Below are positions 1 to 9,937 of a stretch of DNA of 64,000 nucleotides, one piece after another. The notes beneath the pieces were generated by a model. The model was not told the DNA's origin and ran no database searches. It saw only the letters and a list, made by a program, of their open reading frames with translations. The DNA is taken from IMG/VR virus record IMGVR_UViG_3300036790_000261, positions 24,725 to 88,724 of that record. One strand, written 5' to 3'. Source of the DNA: a virus (taxonomy: Duplodnaviria; Heunggongvirae; Uroviricota; Caudoviricetes). The translations under genes were made by a program, and so were the position numbers. Position 1 is the first letter of the stretch. Each line of letters starts with the position of its first letter.

Positions 1-41
1 AAGATGATCTTCCCGCTGCCGGTGATGGAGGTGGTCAGCCG

Positions 42-635
42 GTGATCTCCGTGCTCTGCCCGTCCCGGGGTAACCCCGAGTGGCTGAAACGGTCGGCGAA
101 ATCCCTGCGCAGCACAGCCCGGGGTGAGTTCGAGCTACTGGTTGCCGCTGACGACGATGACCCTGTGACGATTGAGACGGCCGCGGAGGCGGCTGATACT
201 ACGGTCGTCTTGCCGCGGGCGGGTTACGCCAGGCTGCACGTTTACTACCAGGCGCTCGCTGATATCGCGGCCGGCGACTGGCTACTGGTCTGGAACGACG
301 ACTGCATTATGCTCACGCCCGGGTGGGACGTGATTATCAGGGCACTGCCGCCGGAAGTCCTCGTCGCTGACGTCCAGTCCCCGCACTCGCCGCTGTGCTG
401 CCTGCCTGCTGTCCGCCGCAGCGCAGTTGAGGCCATCGGCACGTTCAGCTCGGACAACCCGCACATCGATACTTTCTGGCAGGACGTCGCGAACTCCCTC
501 GGGGTGATGCGGGCCGTCCCTGTCCGCGCCAGCGTGGAATCACCGGTTAGCGCCAATTCCCACGGGTTCTACGAGGCGGGGCACCAGGAGCAGATGGCAG
601 CGTACGCGCAAGTTCTCCGGGAGGCACTAGCGTGA
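42..635 (+). CDS. glycosyltransferase-like protein (ORF open to window edge; true start probably upstream)
   Basis: No in-frame stop back to nt 1; GT-A-like stretch (LLVWNDDCIM...); stop overlaps start of next GT gene at 632-635. Confidence 0.4.
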   Translation: MISVLCPSRGNPEWLKRSAKSLRSTARGEFELLVAADDDDPVTIETAAEAADTTVVLPRAGYARLHVYYQALADIAAGDWLLVWNDDCIMLTPGWDVIIRALPPEVLVADVQSPHSPLCCLPAVRRSAVEAIGTFSSDNPHIDTFWQDVANSLGVMRAVPVRASVESPVSANSHGFYEAGHQEQMAAYAQVLREALA

Positions 636-1261
636 AGCCCCTCGTCAGCGTCATCACCCCGACCTGGCAGCGGCACGAGCGGCTGCTGAACCGCTGCGTC
701 CCGTCGGTCCAGGCTCAGGCGTACCCGCGGGTCGAGCACGTTATCGCCTGCGACGGCCAGGACCCGGAGCTGGCGCAGCGTATTGACAAGCTTGCGCAAC
801 GGGTTGGGGCCTTCTGCCACCCGGTGACGTTCGTTCACCTGCCTGAGCACGCCCCGGAGCAGCACTGGGGGCACCTGGCGAGGCTAGCCGGGATCGAGGC
901 GGCGAAGGGAGAGTACATCGCCTATGTCGACGACGACGACGCCCTGCGCTCCGATCACGTTGCCAAGCTTGCCGCCTGCCTTGACGCTGACCCGGAGGCT
1001 GGCTGGGCGTACTCCGTGATGGAAAGCCACAACAGCTCCGGGGCTACGCAGATCGGCTTCACCCCGCCGTCCTGCGGCCAGATCGGCACCCCGATGATCA
1101 TGCACCGCCGCGAGACACTACAGCACGGCACCTGGGGGCCCGCCTCTTCCGTTGAGGACTGGGAACTGGTGCAGCGCTGGATGAACGCCGGGGTCAAGCA
1201 CGTGCACTACACCGGGGTCACCGTAGACGTCTGGCCTTCCGCCTTCCACGAGCATTCATGA
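632..1261 (+). CDS. glycosyltransferase family 2
   Basis: N-terminal GT2 signature SVITPTWQRHERL, YIAYVDDDD acidic motif; translationally coupled to upstream GT. Confidence 0.65.
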   Translation: MKPLVSVITPTWQRHERLLNRCVPSVQAQAYPRVEHVIACDGQDPELAQRIDKLAQRVGAFCHPVTFVHLPEHAPEQHWGHLARLAGIEAAKGEYIAYVDDDDALRSDHVAKLAACLDADPEAGWAYSVMESHNSSGATQIGFTPPSCGQIGTPMIMHRRETLQHGTWGPASSVEDWELVQRWMNAGVKHVHYTGVTVDVWPSAFHEHS

Positions 1262-1282
1262 GCCGCATGGTAGCGTGACGCC

Positions 1283-1461
1283 ATGAGTACACCTGAGCCT
1301 CTTGACGAGCGCCCGGCCGGGGCGGTAGAGATCCGCGGCGGTGACAAGCCCGAGGACTTCATCCCCGGTCCAGGCTTCCGCACCGGCAGCGTTGAAGAGC
1401 TGCTCGGTAAGCATGTTCCTTACGCTTCGTGTGACTGCGGCTGCGAGGACGGGTCTGAGTG
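1283..1461 (+). CDS. small hypothetical protein (59 aa, below ORF-track cutoff)
   Basis: ATG 1283, stop overlaps GTG start of methyltransferase (TGAGTGA). Confidence 0.25.
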
Positions 1462-2034
1462 ACCCTCGACGTCTTCACGGCCGCCCAGCAGACGATCCGG
1501 CACGTGCAGAAGGAAGAGCACCGCTGGTTCAAGCAGGGCGACCCGACGTCTCCGACGCTGCCCTGGATGCCGTTCCAGCCCGCCGAGTTCCTCTCGATCC
1601 TCTTTGAGTGCGTCCCTGAGCTCGCGGGCCGGGAGTTCCTGGACGTCGGGTGCGGCCCCGGCACCAAGATGCGCCTGGCCCGCGACTTCTTCGGTATGGA
1701 AACTGACGGTATTGAGATTAACCGCGAGATGGCCGTTGCCGCCGCCCCGCATGCCTCATGCCCGGTAACCACGGGCGATGCGCTGTCTGTCGGCCCCGGT
1801 TTCTACAGCGGCTATGACCTGATCTGGCTTTACCGGCCGTTCCGTGACCCGCAGCTGGAGACCCGGCTTGAGGCCCGGGTCATGGACGAGATGAAGCCCG
1901 GCGCGATCCTGGCCGGCGCGCACTGGGAGATCTGCCCGGCGGACCACCGGTGGATTCCAGTTTTTGACGACTGGGAGATCCGCCGCGGCGCCTGGATGAA
2001 GCCCCGCCCTGTTGACGACGTGCCGCTGCCGTGA
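1459..2034 (+). CDS. class I SAM-dependent methyltransferase
   Basis: Motif I FLDVGCGPGTK, GIEIN post-I motif; GTG start. Confidence 0.6.
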   Translation: MTLDVFTAAQQTIRHVQKEEHRWFKQGDPTSPTLPWMPFQPAEFLSILFECVPELAGREFLDVGCGPGTKMRLARDFFGMETDGIEINREMAVAAAPHASCPVTTGDALSVGPGFYSGYDLIWLYRPFRDPQLETRLEARVMDEMKPGAILAGAHWEICPADHRWIPVFDDWEIRRGAWMKPRPVDDVPLP

Positions 2035-2300
2035 CCGCGCTCTGGGACCTGCTGCCCCCCGCGATCGTGACGCGGGCTAAGGCGATCGTCGCCGTCATCG
2101 GCGTCACCGGGTTCATCGTCGTCAGCTTCTTCCCGTCGCTCGCCACTGATCACTACGTGGCTGCCGCGATCGCCGTGCTCACCGCCCTCGGCGTCTGGGG
2201 CGTGCCTAACCAGAATGCTAAGACCGAGCGCCCTGTGGGGTTGCGTCACGCAGACGGCACCCCGTACGTGTACAAGGAGAAGCGGCGGCACGAGCGGTGA
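2031..2300 (+). CDS. small membrane protein
   Basis: Two hydrophobic helices; overlapping stop/start with flanking genes. Confidence 0.4.
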   Translation: MTALWDLLPPAIVTRAKAIVAVIGVTGFIVVSFFPSLATDHYVAAAIAVLTALGVWGVPNQNAKTERPVGLRHADGTPYVYKEKRRHER

Positions 2301-2524
2301 CTGCCGCGCAAGCGTGGCCGTGGGCGCTGTCGGCAGTGACGCTGCTTAGTGTCTGGGTCATCGGGCTAAAGCGGCACGAGGGCTGGCTGATTGGCCTGGC
2401 CGCGGAAGTCTTGTGGGCAGTGTGGTCCGTGCTGTACCACGAATGGGGCTTCCTGGTGTCCGCCGGGGCGTTCAGTGTTATCTACGCCCGAAACTGGTGG
2501 CTGTGGCGGTCAACGGCAAGCTGA
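2297..2524 (+). CDS. small membrane protein (2 TM, holin-like topology)
   Basis: WALSAVTLLSVWVIGL and LIGLAAEVLWAVWSVLY hydrophobic segments. Confidence 0.4.
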   Translation: MTAAQAWPWALSAVTLLSVWVIGLKRHEGWLIGLAAEVLWAVWSVLYHEWGFLVSAGAFSVIYARNWWLWRSTAS

Positions 2525-2539
2525 CTGCCACGTGGCAGT
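2524..2539. promoter_or_regulatory. conserved palindrome ACTGCCACGTGGCAGT (copy 1 of 6)
   Basis: Perfect 16-bp palindrome immediately after a gene 3' end; same sequence at 18153, 30787, variants at 41955, 50893, 56556. Confidence 0.5.
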
Positions 2540-2610
2540 TGAACTAGGATTGAACCGATACCCGAGGCCGTAGTCTGCGGAGCCGGGGCGTACCTGACGA
2601 AGGATGCCCT

Positions 2611-2928
2611 GTGACCTCTATCCCGCTGTTTAACCGGCCCGACGAGTGGTTCTGCCCCAACTGCGATGTCACCGATGTCACCGCGCCGCTGCCGCCCGGC
2701 CAGTCCCGCTACCACCCCTGCCCCGGCCTGCACGGGCTCAACGCCCCGCTGATCCGCCAGGGCGTGAACGTCAAGGTAGAAGCGCACGAGCGCGAGGACT
2801 ACCTGAACGGCGACCTTCAGCAGACAGGCGACAACGGCCGTGTCTACATGAACGTTGAGGTCACCCGCGAGGACGGCACGGACGTTACTGTCTTCGCCGG
2901 GCTCGCCCGCGCAGAGATGAAGGTGTGA
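2611..2928 (+). CDS. hypothetical protein
   Basis: ORF with high GC3; ATG preceded by GAAGGATG region. Confidence 0.4.
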   Translation: MTSIPLFNRPDEWFCPNCDVTDVTAPLPPGQSRYHPCPGLHGLNAPLIRQGVNVKVEAHEREDYLNGDLQQTGDNGRVYMNVEVTREDGTDVTVFAGLARAEMKV

Positions 2929-2931
2929 GCC

Positions 2932-3453
2932 GTGACCTGGACTACCTCAGCGATCTTCCAGCAGGCGGCGCTCAATCCACTGCTCGGTAAGGCCACCGGG
3001 TCTACGAACCCCACGACTTTCGGCAGCTGGACGGCTGACACCATCAACGTCGCGCTGTTTCTAACGGGCGCTACCCCGGACAAGACCGCCGCCGTCGGTA
3101 GCACGGGTTACAACACGGGTGTCTGGACGACAGGTAACGAGGCCCCGGGCACGGGTGGCTACACGCAGGGCGGAACCGCACTCGCCTCTAAGGCGAACAC
3201 TATTGACTCGGGTTCGTCTTCGCTGTGCTTCACCGCGGCTAACCCCTCCTGGACTAGTGCCACCATCTCTAGCGTGTTTGGCGACTTGGTCTACGACATC
3301 ACGATTGCTTCAGCGGGTAGCACTGTCGCCAAGCAGGGGTTCTGCTTCAACTACTTCGGCGGCTCGCAGGGCGTTACGGCGGGGACGTTCACGATTCAGT
3401 GGGCTACCCCGCCCAGCGGTGCCGTTACCGCGGTTTTCAACTTCGCTGTCTGA
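2932..3453 (+). CDS. hypothetical Thr/Gly/Ser-rich protein (probable virion-associated)
   Basis: High GC3; GTG start overlapping upstream stop; composition like neighbouring 3486 gene. Confidence 0.4.
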   Translation: MTWTTSAIFQQAALNPLLGKATGSTNPTTFGSWTADTINVALFLTGATPDKTAAVGSTGYNTGVWTTGNEAPGTGGYTQGGTALASKANTIDSGSSSLCFTAANPSWTSATISSVFGDLVYDITIASAGSTVAKQGFCFNYFGGSQGVTAGTFTIQWATPPSGAVTAVFNFAV

Positions 3454-3485
3454 CCCTTCCGGCTACCGCCTGAGGGGAGGCCGCC

Positions 3486-4991
3486 GTGGCCACGCTTACC
3501 CGCGTTCAGCACAACAGCATGACGACGACCAGCACCACGGCCACAAACTTCAACACAACCCTTGGTGCCGGGGACACGGTCGGCAACCTGCTGGTAGTCA
3601 CCATTGTGCTGGGCACCAACGGGCTTACGCTGACAGCCCCCTCTGGCTGGGTTCAGGCGGGTTCCTCGGAGGTCGTTTCCGGGTCTCTCGATACCCGGAT
3701 CTATTACCTGGTGGTCAGCTCGGGCAGCGTCACTAGCTTCAACTGGAGCTTCGGCGCTACCGCGCACTCATTCGGCTGGACCATCGACGAGTGGAACAGC
3801 TCTTCCGGATGGCAGGCTAGCCCGGTAGACAGCACCGCCGGGGCCGTTCACACGTCACCGTCGACTGCGGTCAACTGCGGTACCCCGTCGGCGACGACCC
3901 AGGCGTCTGAGCTGTGGCTCGGCGTGCTGTCCTGGGCGAACAGCGGGCAGACGCTGTCGGGTGTGACCGGCGGCTGGTCGACCGGCGATACCGCTACGTT
4001 TACCGGCCAGAACACGCAGACGGCGTTCTTCCAGATCGCCACGACGACCGGCACCCCGAGCCTCGCCGCCACCATCAGCGCGTCCACGGTCAACGCGGGC
4101 GTTGTCGCCACCTTCATGCCCGTCGCCGGCACCACCGTTAACGCGGGGCTCGCCACGGCCACCGGGCTTGCGCTTCAGGTTCCGTCTAACGCCCGGCTCG
4201 CCACCGCTACAGGTACTGCCCTCCAGGTCCCGGCGCCTGCTGGCCTGGCTACGGCTGCCGGCGCTGCGTTCAAGCCGCTGTTCACCGTCCCGGCCCAGCT
4301 GGCGACCGCGACCGGCACCGCGCTGCAGGTTCCGTCTAAGGCGGGGCTCGCCCACGGCACCGGCAGTGCCTTCCAGGTTCCGGCCCCGGCTGGCCTTGCG
4401 CACGGCGCGGGCAGCGCGTTCACCCTCACCCCGTGGAAGGACACGGTCTTCGCGGGGCTGGCCGCGGGCTTCGCCGAGACGTTCCAGCCGACCCCGCGCA
4501 TCCTGCGCACCCCGCTGAACCTGGGGGCGGTGCTGACCGAGGTCACGGCAGACGGCTTCCTGCGTGTAGCCACCGCTGATGCTACGTTTACCCTCGCGGA
4601 CTACGGGGCTACCCTGGCACTAGCTAACTTCGGCGCAAGCCTGACGGGATGGACGATGCAGACGGCCCCGCTGACTCTTAACGAGTTCAACGACGTCACC
4701 ATCAGTATCACCGTGACGCAGAACGGCAGCCCGCTCAACCTGACCGGCGACACGCTTAACCTGCTGCTGAAGACGGCGCCGAACACCCCGGACTCCAGCG
4801 CGCTGATCTTTTCCTCGGCTGGCGGGTCCCCCGCGATCGTCATCACCAACGCAGCTGGCGGCCTCGCTACCGCGATCATCCCGAACACCGACCTCGACGC
4901 CGAGACCTACACGTTCTACCGGCTCGACGTGGTCAGCGGCGGCCTGACCAACACCACGCTGTACGGCAGCGTCGTCTGGATCTCGCTATGA
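3486..4991 (+). CDS. hypothetical structural protein with six ~16-aa tandem repeats (AGLATATGTALQVPSx)
   Basis: Repeat block at nt ~4141-4440; Thr-rich N-terminus. Confidence 0.45.
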   Translation: MATLTRVQHNSMTTTSTTATNFNTTLGAGDTVGNLLVVTIVLGTNGLTLTAPSGWVQAGSSEVVSGSLDTRIYYLVVSSGSVTSFNWSFGATAHSFGWTIDEWNSSSGWQASPVDSTAGAVHTSPSTAVNCGTPSATTQASELWLGVLSWANSGQTLSGVTGGWSTGDTATFTGQNTQTAFFQIATTTGTPSLAATISASTVNAGVVATFMPVAGTTVNAGLATATGLALQVPSNARLATATGTALQVPAPAGLATAAGAAFKPLFTVPAQLATATGTALQVPSKAGLAHGTGSAFQVPAPAGLAHGAGSAFTLTPWKDTVFAGLAAGFAETFQPTPRILRTPLNLGAVLTEVTADGFLRVATADATFTLADYGATLALANFGASLTGWTMQTAPLTLNEFNDVTISITVTQNGSPLNLTGDTLNLLLKTAPNTPDSSALIFSSAGGSPAIVITNAAGGLATAIIPNTDLDAETYTFYRLDVVSGGLTNTTLYGSVVWISL

Positions 4992-6022
4992 GCGCCACCG
5001 TCTATTACGACAACCCCGCTGAAGCCGCGGCCGTCGTCCCGGTGACCTTCACGTCACTGGCGGGCGCTGTTACCGACCCGGCCTCGATCAGCTGCGTCAT
5101 CACTGACCCCACTGGCACGGCAGCGACGTACACCTACCTGGGCAGCGGGCCGAACAACACGATCACCCGCTCGTCTGCAGGCAACTACGCGCTGAGCATC
5201 ACCGGCCTGGTCCTCGCCGGGCTCTATGTCGGCACCTGGGTGGGCACGGGCAACAACGTCCAGCAGGTCACCCCGACGACCTTCCGGATCGTGCCGCTGT
5301 CGGCCGTCGGGACCGGCATGAACCTGTGGTACACCGGCCGCGAGGAGCTCAAGTCCCGGCTGAACATCACCGACAGCAACTCGGACTACGAGATCCAGAT
5401 CGCCATTCAGGCCGTTACCAACTGGATTAACAATTACTGCGGGCGGCACTTCTACCAGCTGGCCGAGACACGTACCTACGTGCCGACGAACATCTGGGAA
5501 CTGCCGGTCGACGACCTGGTGTCCACCCCCGCGGTCGCCGCCGCCACCCAGGTCAACCTCGACTACGACGGCGACGGCATCTACGAGGTCGCCTGGGGCA
5601 ACCCGGCCCCGCCCATCGGCAACGGGCTCAACTACGTGCTGAAGCTCGGCACCCCCGGCGGTTACGAGGACAACTACAACGTCAACAGTGCAGGCGTGCC
5701 CCGGCCGTACACCCAGCTGCAGGCCCTCATGTCCGGGCAGGGGCAGAACCCGGCAGGCGGCGGCTGGCTCCCGTTCATCTGGCCCTACACCCACCTCAAC
5801 CGGGTGCAGGTCGTCGGGACCTGGGGCTGGCCCGTCATCCCGCCAAGCGTCCAGCAGGCGTCCATGCTGCTGTGCACCGACGTGTTCAAATCCAAGGACG
5901 CACCCTGGGGTATTGCTGGTACGGCCGAGACCGGGCTGATGCGGGTGACCTCATCACCCTGGGTGGTGGAGCTTTTGCACGATTTTGTAAATACTCGCAG
6001 GAAGGTGGGAGTTTTATACTAA
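4988..6022 (+). CDS. head-tail connector-like protein (gp6-like domain with N-terminal extension)
   Basis: TGREELKSRLNITDSNSDYEIQIAIQAVTNWINNYCGRHFY resembles phage gp6-like head-tail connector motif. Confidence 0.4.
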   Translation: MSATVYYDNPAEAAAVVPVTFTSLAGAVTDPASISCVITDPTGTAATYTYLGSGPNNTITRSSAGNYALSITGLVLAGLYVGTWVGTGNNVQQVTPTTFRIVPLSAVGTGMNLWYTGREELKSRLNITDSNSDYEIQIAIQAVTNWINNYCGRHFYQLAETRTYVPTNIWELPVDDLVSTPAVAAATQVNLDYDGDGIYEVAWGNPAPPIGNGLNYVLKLGTPGGYEDNYNVNSAGVPRPYTQLQALMSGQGQNPAGGGWLPFIWPYTHLNRVQVVGTWGWPVIPPSVQQASMLLCTDVFKSKDAPWGIAGTAETGLMRVTSSPWVVELLHDFVNTRRKVGVLY

Positions 6023-6043
6023 GGCTTTGCGTATGCTGTCTTC

Positions 6044-6553
6044 ATGCGCGAGGTCCAGTTGCACGGGAAGGTAGCCGCCGGACGTGTCGCCCGGGTCGAC
6101 GCCGCTGACTACGAAGAGCTGATGCAGTACCGCTGGCTCGGCTGGGAAAAGCCAGCGAGCGAGTATCGAAGGTCTAACGGGCCCTACGCGTGCCGCCAGT
6201 ACCGGGTGGACGGCAAGAGCGTGCTGCTGTTCATGCACACGTTTCTCACAGGCTGGAGGCGGACAGACCACATTGATCACGACGGGCTGAACAACCAGCG
6301 GTACAACCTGCGCGAGACCACTACGGCTCACAACGAGCACAATTCCCGGGCACGGATCAACACGTACTCCAGGTATAAGGGTGTCACCTGGTCGAAAGCC
6401 TCGCGGAAGTGGCAAGCTGGCATCAGAGTAGACGGACACTTGTACTACCTCGGTCAGTTCACTGACGAGAAGGAAGCCGCTCAGGTGTACGACACAGCTG
6501 CTATGCGTGAGTTTGGGCCACACGCCGTTTTCAACTTCCCGGAGGGCAAGTGA
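6044..6553 (+). CDS. HNH homing endonuclease with AP2 DNA-binding domain
   Basis: HIDHDGLNNQRYNLRETTTAHN HNH motif; YRGVTWSKASRKWQAGIRVDGHLYYLGQFTDEKEAAQVYD AP2 domain. Confidence 0.75.
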   Translation: MREVQLHGKVAAGRVARVDAADYEELMQYRWLGWEKPASEYRRSNGPYACRQYRVDGKSVLLFMHTFLTGWRRTDHIDHDGLNNQRYNLRETTTAHNEHNSRARINTYSRYKGVTWSKASRKWQAGIRVDGHLYYLGQFTDEKEAAQVYDTAAMREFGPHAVFNFPEGK

Positions 6554-6661
6554 AGCTACGTGTGCTTGTGCGGCTGGAGGACTGGTGGTGTCACCGGCTG
6601 GAGCTCCCGGGTCACCGTCGGTTCTGTGACAAGTTTGACGCCTGGGTCCTAAGCTAAACAC

Positions 6662-6934
6662 ATGGGATACGACGGAAAGTACGGCAAGGTCACTACTGAG
6701 CACGGTGACATCCCCGACGACGAGCCGGTCATCGTCTTCCGTGCTCAGGACCGGCTGTCCGTCAGCGTGCTCCGGGCCTACTTCGAGCTGTGCAGGGTGG
6801 CGGGCAGCCCGCAGCGGCACCTCGCGCTTGTCTCGGGTGCGATCCGGCGGTTTGCCGACTGGCAGGAAGCGCACTCAGGGCAGACGAAGGTCCCGGACAG
6901 CGAGCGCAGCAGGGCGTGGATGCCGGAGGTCTGA
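6662..6934 (+). CDS. hypothetical protein
   Basis: ATG ORF, good GC3. Confidence 0.35.
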   Translation: MGYDGKYGKVTTEHGDIPDDEPVIVFRAQDRLSVSVLRAYFELCRVAGSPQRHLALVSGAIRRFADWQEAHSGQTKVPDSERSRAWMPEV

Positions 6935-7122
6935 TGGGCAGGTTGCACGGCCGGGCCTGCATTCTGTACTTGACGGACGATGACGGCAGGGTGCTTGAAG
7001 TTCCCGTCGGAGACTGGACAATCGATTACGCGGGGTACCCCTCGGTGCCGGTCATGCGGTTTCGAGTCGTAGGGCCATCGGACGGGATCTTTCATGGCGC
7101 CCAAGGCGAAGGTGAAGGCTAA
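6934..7122 (+). CDS. hypothetical small protein
   Basis: ATG overlapping upstream stop (TGATGG). Confidence 0.3.
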   Translation: MGRLHGRACILYLTDDDGRVLEVPVGDWTIDYAGYPSVPVMRFRVVGPSDGIFHGAQGEGEG

Positions 7123-8185
7123 AGGGGTCGTTACCCCGAAGAACAACGCCGCCCCGACGGGCCTGCACCTGTCAGCCGCGCAGCGCAAGGCGTACAACGC
7201 GACATTCACTGCCTCCGCCACGGCTGGCTTCCAGAAGCTGGCCCTTGCCCAGCGGCGGCAGGCGATCGCGAACGCGGCCCAGGTGCTGCGCAACTCCCGG
7301 CTGCAGGCAGCCGCCACCGTCCAGCAGAAGGCCAGCGCCGCGCACCAGGCGGCCCGCACCGCCGCGATCGCCAGGTTCGCCGCTCAGCAGACCTACCGGC
7401 AGGGCCGGCTAGCCCACCAGAACGCTGCCCTCCAGGCCCGGCTGTTCGCCGACTACGAGCGGCACATCCAGGTTGCCGCCCGGCTGCAGTTCGCTTACAA
7501 GGGCGAGAAGGCGTACGCGCACGAGGCTGTCATGCGGACCCTTACCACTGCTGCGGCTACCAGCATCGAGGAAGCGCTGTTCGCCCGTGCCGCCAAGACC
7601 GCGAAGAAGGCGGTCAGCACCGTCGGGAACCCGCAGTCCAGCTCGCCCGCCGCGGTCAACGCCCGGCTCGGCGCCGCGCAGGTCATCGCCAGCGCCAAGG
7701 CCGCCGCGCTCGCCGCCGCCCGTGCCACTCCGGCCGGCCGCACCGCCCCCCGCCCTGGGCCCGTCAAGCTGCGGGCTCCCGGCATGTACAAGTGGCGAGG
7801 TGACCCGGACGGGTATGACTGCGTTGCCGCGGCGATCATGAACAGTTGCCAGCAGGCCACGGGCTACCGGTTTTCCGATGTCAAGTACATGGTCCTGGCG
7901 GCCGAGCTCGGGCAGTGGCCGGAGGGGCCGCCTATCGAGGACGCGCTGAAGTACGTGAAGAACAATTGGGAGATCCTAGGCGCTCCCCGCCTGGTGAGCT
8001 ACGAGCCGGTTCCGGTGCACGCCCGTGACCACTGCGTTACTGGTTTCGCCACGGAGAACGGGTCGCATGCCGCCCTCATGTCCGGTCCCCGGTACGTCAT
8101 CAGCTGGGGCCAGCTGCTTCTTCTTGACGACGTGATCCTTCCGGGAACTGAGGTTGAAGAAGCCTGGGCCCTGCTGTGGAAGTAG
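7094..8185 (+). CDS. hypothetical protein, Ala/Gln-rich coiled-coil N-terminus; C-terminal Cys/His domain (possible peptidase)
   Basis: DGYDCVAAAIMNSC ... HCVTGF ... GSHAALM arrangement suggests papain-like Cys/His dyad; low certainty. Confidence 0.4.
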   Translation: MAPKAKVKAKGVVTPKNNAAPTGLHLSAAQRKAYNATFTASATAGFQKLALAQRRQAIANAAQVLRNSRLQAAATVQQKASAAHQAARTAAIARFAAQQTYRQGRLAHQNAALQARLFADYERHIQVAARLQFAYKGEKAYAHEAVMRTLTTAAATSIEEALFARAAKTAKKAVSTVGNPQSSSPAAVNARLGAAQVIASAKAAALAAARATPAGRTAPRPGPVKLRAPGMYKWRGDPDGYDCVAAAIMNSCQQATGYRFSDVKYMVLAAELGQWPEGPPIEDALKYVKNNWEILGAPRLVSYEPVPVHARDHCVTGFATENGSHAALMSGPRYVISWGQLLLLDDVILPGTEVEEAWALLWK

Positions 8186-8194
8186 GCTAGCCGC

Positions 8195-8653
8195 GTGTCG
8201 AACATCACCGTCGTGCGCGAGGCCCTGGCCACCCAGATAGGGCAGCTCGCGTTCCCGGCGCTGCGGTCCCTGCCGGAGATGGAAGGGCAGGTCAACCCGC
8301 CGGTCGGGATCGTCATGCTGGGCGCTGCGAACTACGGCACCACCTTGCAGGGCGCGACCGGGTTCCTCGGCGGCGGCGTGACGATCGCCCCGACGGACAT
8401 CGCCCTTGACTACCTGATCCTGGTAGCCCAGGCGTCGACGGTTGAGCGGTTCGAGGCTGCGCTAGCCGCCTGGCTCGGCTTCGAGAATGACGCGACCGCG
8501 GTGTCCGTGCCGGCTGCCGTTGCCGCAGACTCCTCGCTGGGCGGTACTGTCGCCTGGTGCGTCGCGAACTCAGCGGACCGGCCCGGCCCTGTTGAGTGGA
8601 ACGGCGTGCACTATTTCGGTACCCGCATTCACTTCAGCGTGTCCCTCCAGTAG
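8195..8653 (+). CDS. hypothetical structural protein
   Basis: Position between head-tail genes and major tail protein. Confidence 0.4.
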   Translation: MSNITVVREALATQIGQLAFPALRSLPEMEGQVNPPVGIVMLGAANYGTTLQGATGFLGGGVTIAPTDIALDYLILVAQASTVERFEAALAAWLGFENDATAVSVPAAVAADSSLGGTVAWCVANSADRPGPVEWNGVHYFGTRIHFSVSLQ

Positions 8654-9825
8654 AAGGAAGTTACGGCCGGCCGAGAGCGCTTCGGTCAACTAGGAGGTGG
8701 TGCCGGGGTGGCTCGTATCTTGCTAGTTCACCCGGGTTTAGCCCGGACTTTTCGGTTGCTGACGTCTACCGGGGCTGGGAAAAAGCGCTTCGGAAGCTCG
8801 GCCACACGGTCATGGCCTTCAATACCAATGACCGCCTGACTTACTACGGGCACGCCCGGATGCCCGACCACGACAAGCCGGTGTGCGAGGTGTGTGACCA
8901 GGTCCCGACGCACCAGGCCCTTGACGGTGACGGCATCAAGCAGCTGGGCATGGACGGCCTGTACAAAGAGCTGTACCTGTTCTGGCCGGACGTGGTGTTC
9001 TTCGTCTCCGGGTTCTACATGACCCCGGCGATGCTGCAGGTGATCCGCACCCGGCGGCACAAGATCGTCATGCTGCACACCGAGAGCCCCTACCAAGATG
9101 AAGAGCAGATGCAGCGCGGTCAGTTTGCTGACCTGAACCTGCTGAACGACCCGGCGAACCTCGAAGCGTGGAAAGAACTCGACGTCCCCGTTGCCTACAT
9201 GCCGCACGCTTACGACCCGGACGTGCACTACCCCGACTGGCGCAGCGACCGCTACGAAGCTGACTTCGCCTTCATCGGCACCTTGTTCAAGAGCCGGGCT
9301 GAGTTCTTCAGCAAGATGGACTTCACGGGCCTGAACGTCGCGTTCGGCGGGGGTGGCTGGGACATCGCCCTGCACGACTACCCCGAGCTAGTGAACACCG
9401 TGGTTGACGTACAGCGGAACACCCGGCTAATCGACTACCTCGCCCACCCGCTAGACTCCTGCGTCGGAAACGACGAAACCGCGGACACCTACCGCAAGAC
9501 CAGGGTCGGCATTAACTTTTACCGGCGCGAAGGTGAAGACAGCCAGGCGCAAGGCTGGGCGATGGGACCGCGCGAGATCGAGATGGCCGCCTGCGGGCTG
9601 TTCTTCCTGCGCGACCCGCGGCCCGAGTCCGACGAGGTGCTCGGGCACATCCTGCCAGCGTTCGGCTCGCCGGAAGAGGCGTCAGAGCTGCTGCACAGCT
9701 GGATCGGCTACGGAAACCGCCGGGTGTACGCGGCTGAGCGCGCCTACAACGCGATCGCGGCCCGCACGTTCGGCAACAACGCTCGCGCGGCACTGAACCT
9801 GATGGAAGAGGCGGGCATCTTGTGA
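8596..9825 (+). CDS. glycosyltransferase-like protein (GT1/CgeB-like); start uncertain (ATG 8596 or ATG 8812)
   Basis: C-terminal region resembles CgeB/GT1-like glycosyltransferase fold; no GTG/TTG between 8596 and 8812 in frame. Confidence 0.4.
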   Translation: MERRALFRYPHSLQRVPPVEGSYGRPRALRSTRRWCRGGSYLASSPGFSPDFSVADVYRGWEKALRKLGHTVMAFNTNDRLTYYGHARMPDHDKPVCEVCDQVPTHQALDGDGIKQLGMDGLYKELYLFWPDVVFFVSGFYMTPAMLQVIRTRRHKIVMLHTESPYQDEEQMQRGQFADLNLLNDPANLEAWKELDVPVAYMPHAYDPDVHYPDWRSDRYEADFAFIGTLFKSRAEFFSKMDFTGLNVAFGGGGWDIALHDYPELVNTVVDVQRNTRLIDYLAHPLDSCVGNDETADTYRKTRVGINFYRREGEDSQAQGWAMGPREIEMAACGLFFLRDPRPESDEVLGHILPAFGSPEEASELLHSWIGYGNRRVYAAERAYNAIAARTFGNNARAALNLMEEAGIL

Positions 9826-9937
9826 GCATAGATATTTGCGGGAACCAGTGGGCCGATTCCGCTAACGACGGGCATCACCAGCGTCATGTCTGCGGGGAGG
9901 AAACAGACGGCAGTGACCACACGCACGTGTGCGCCTC

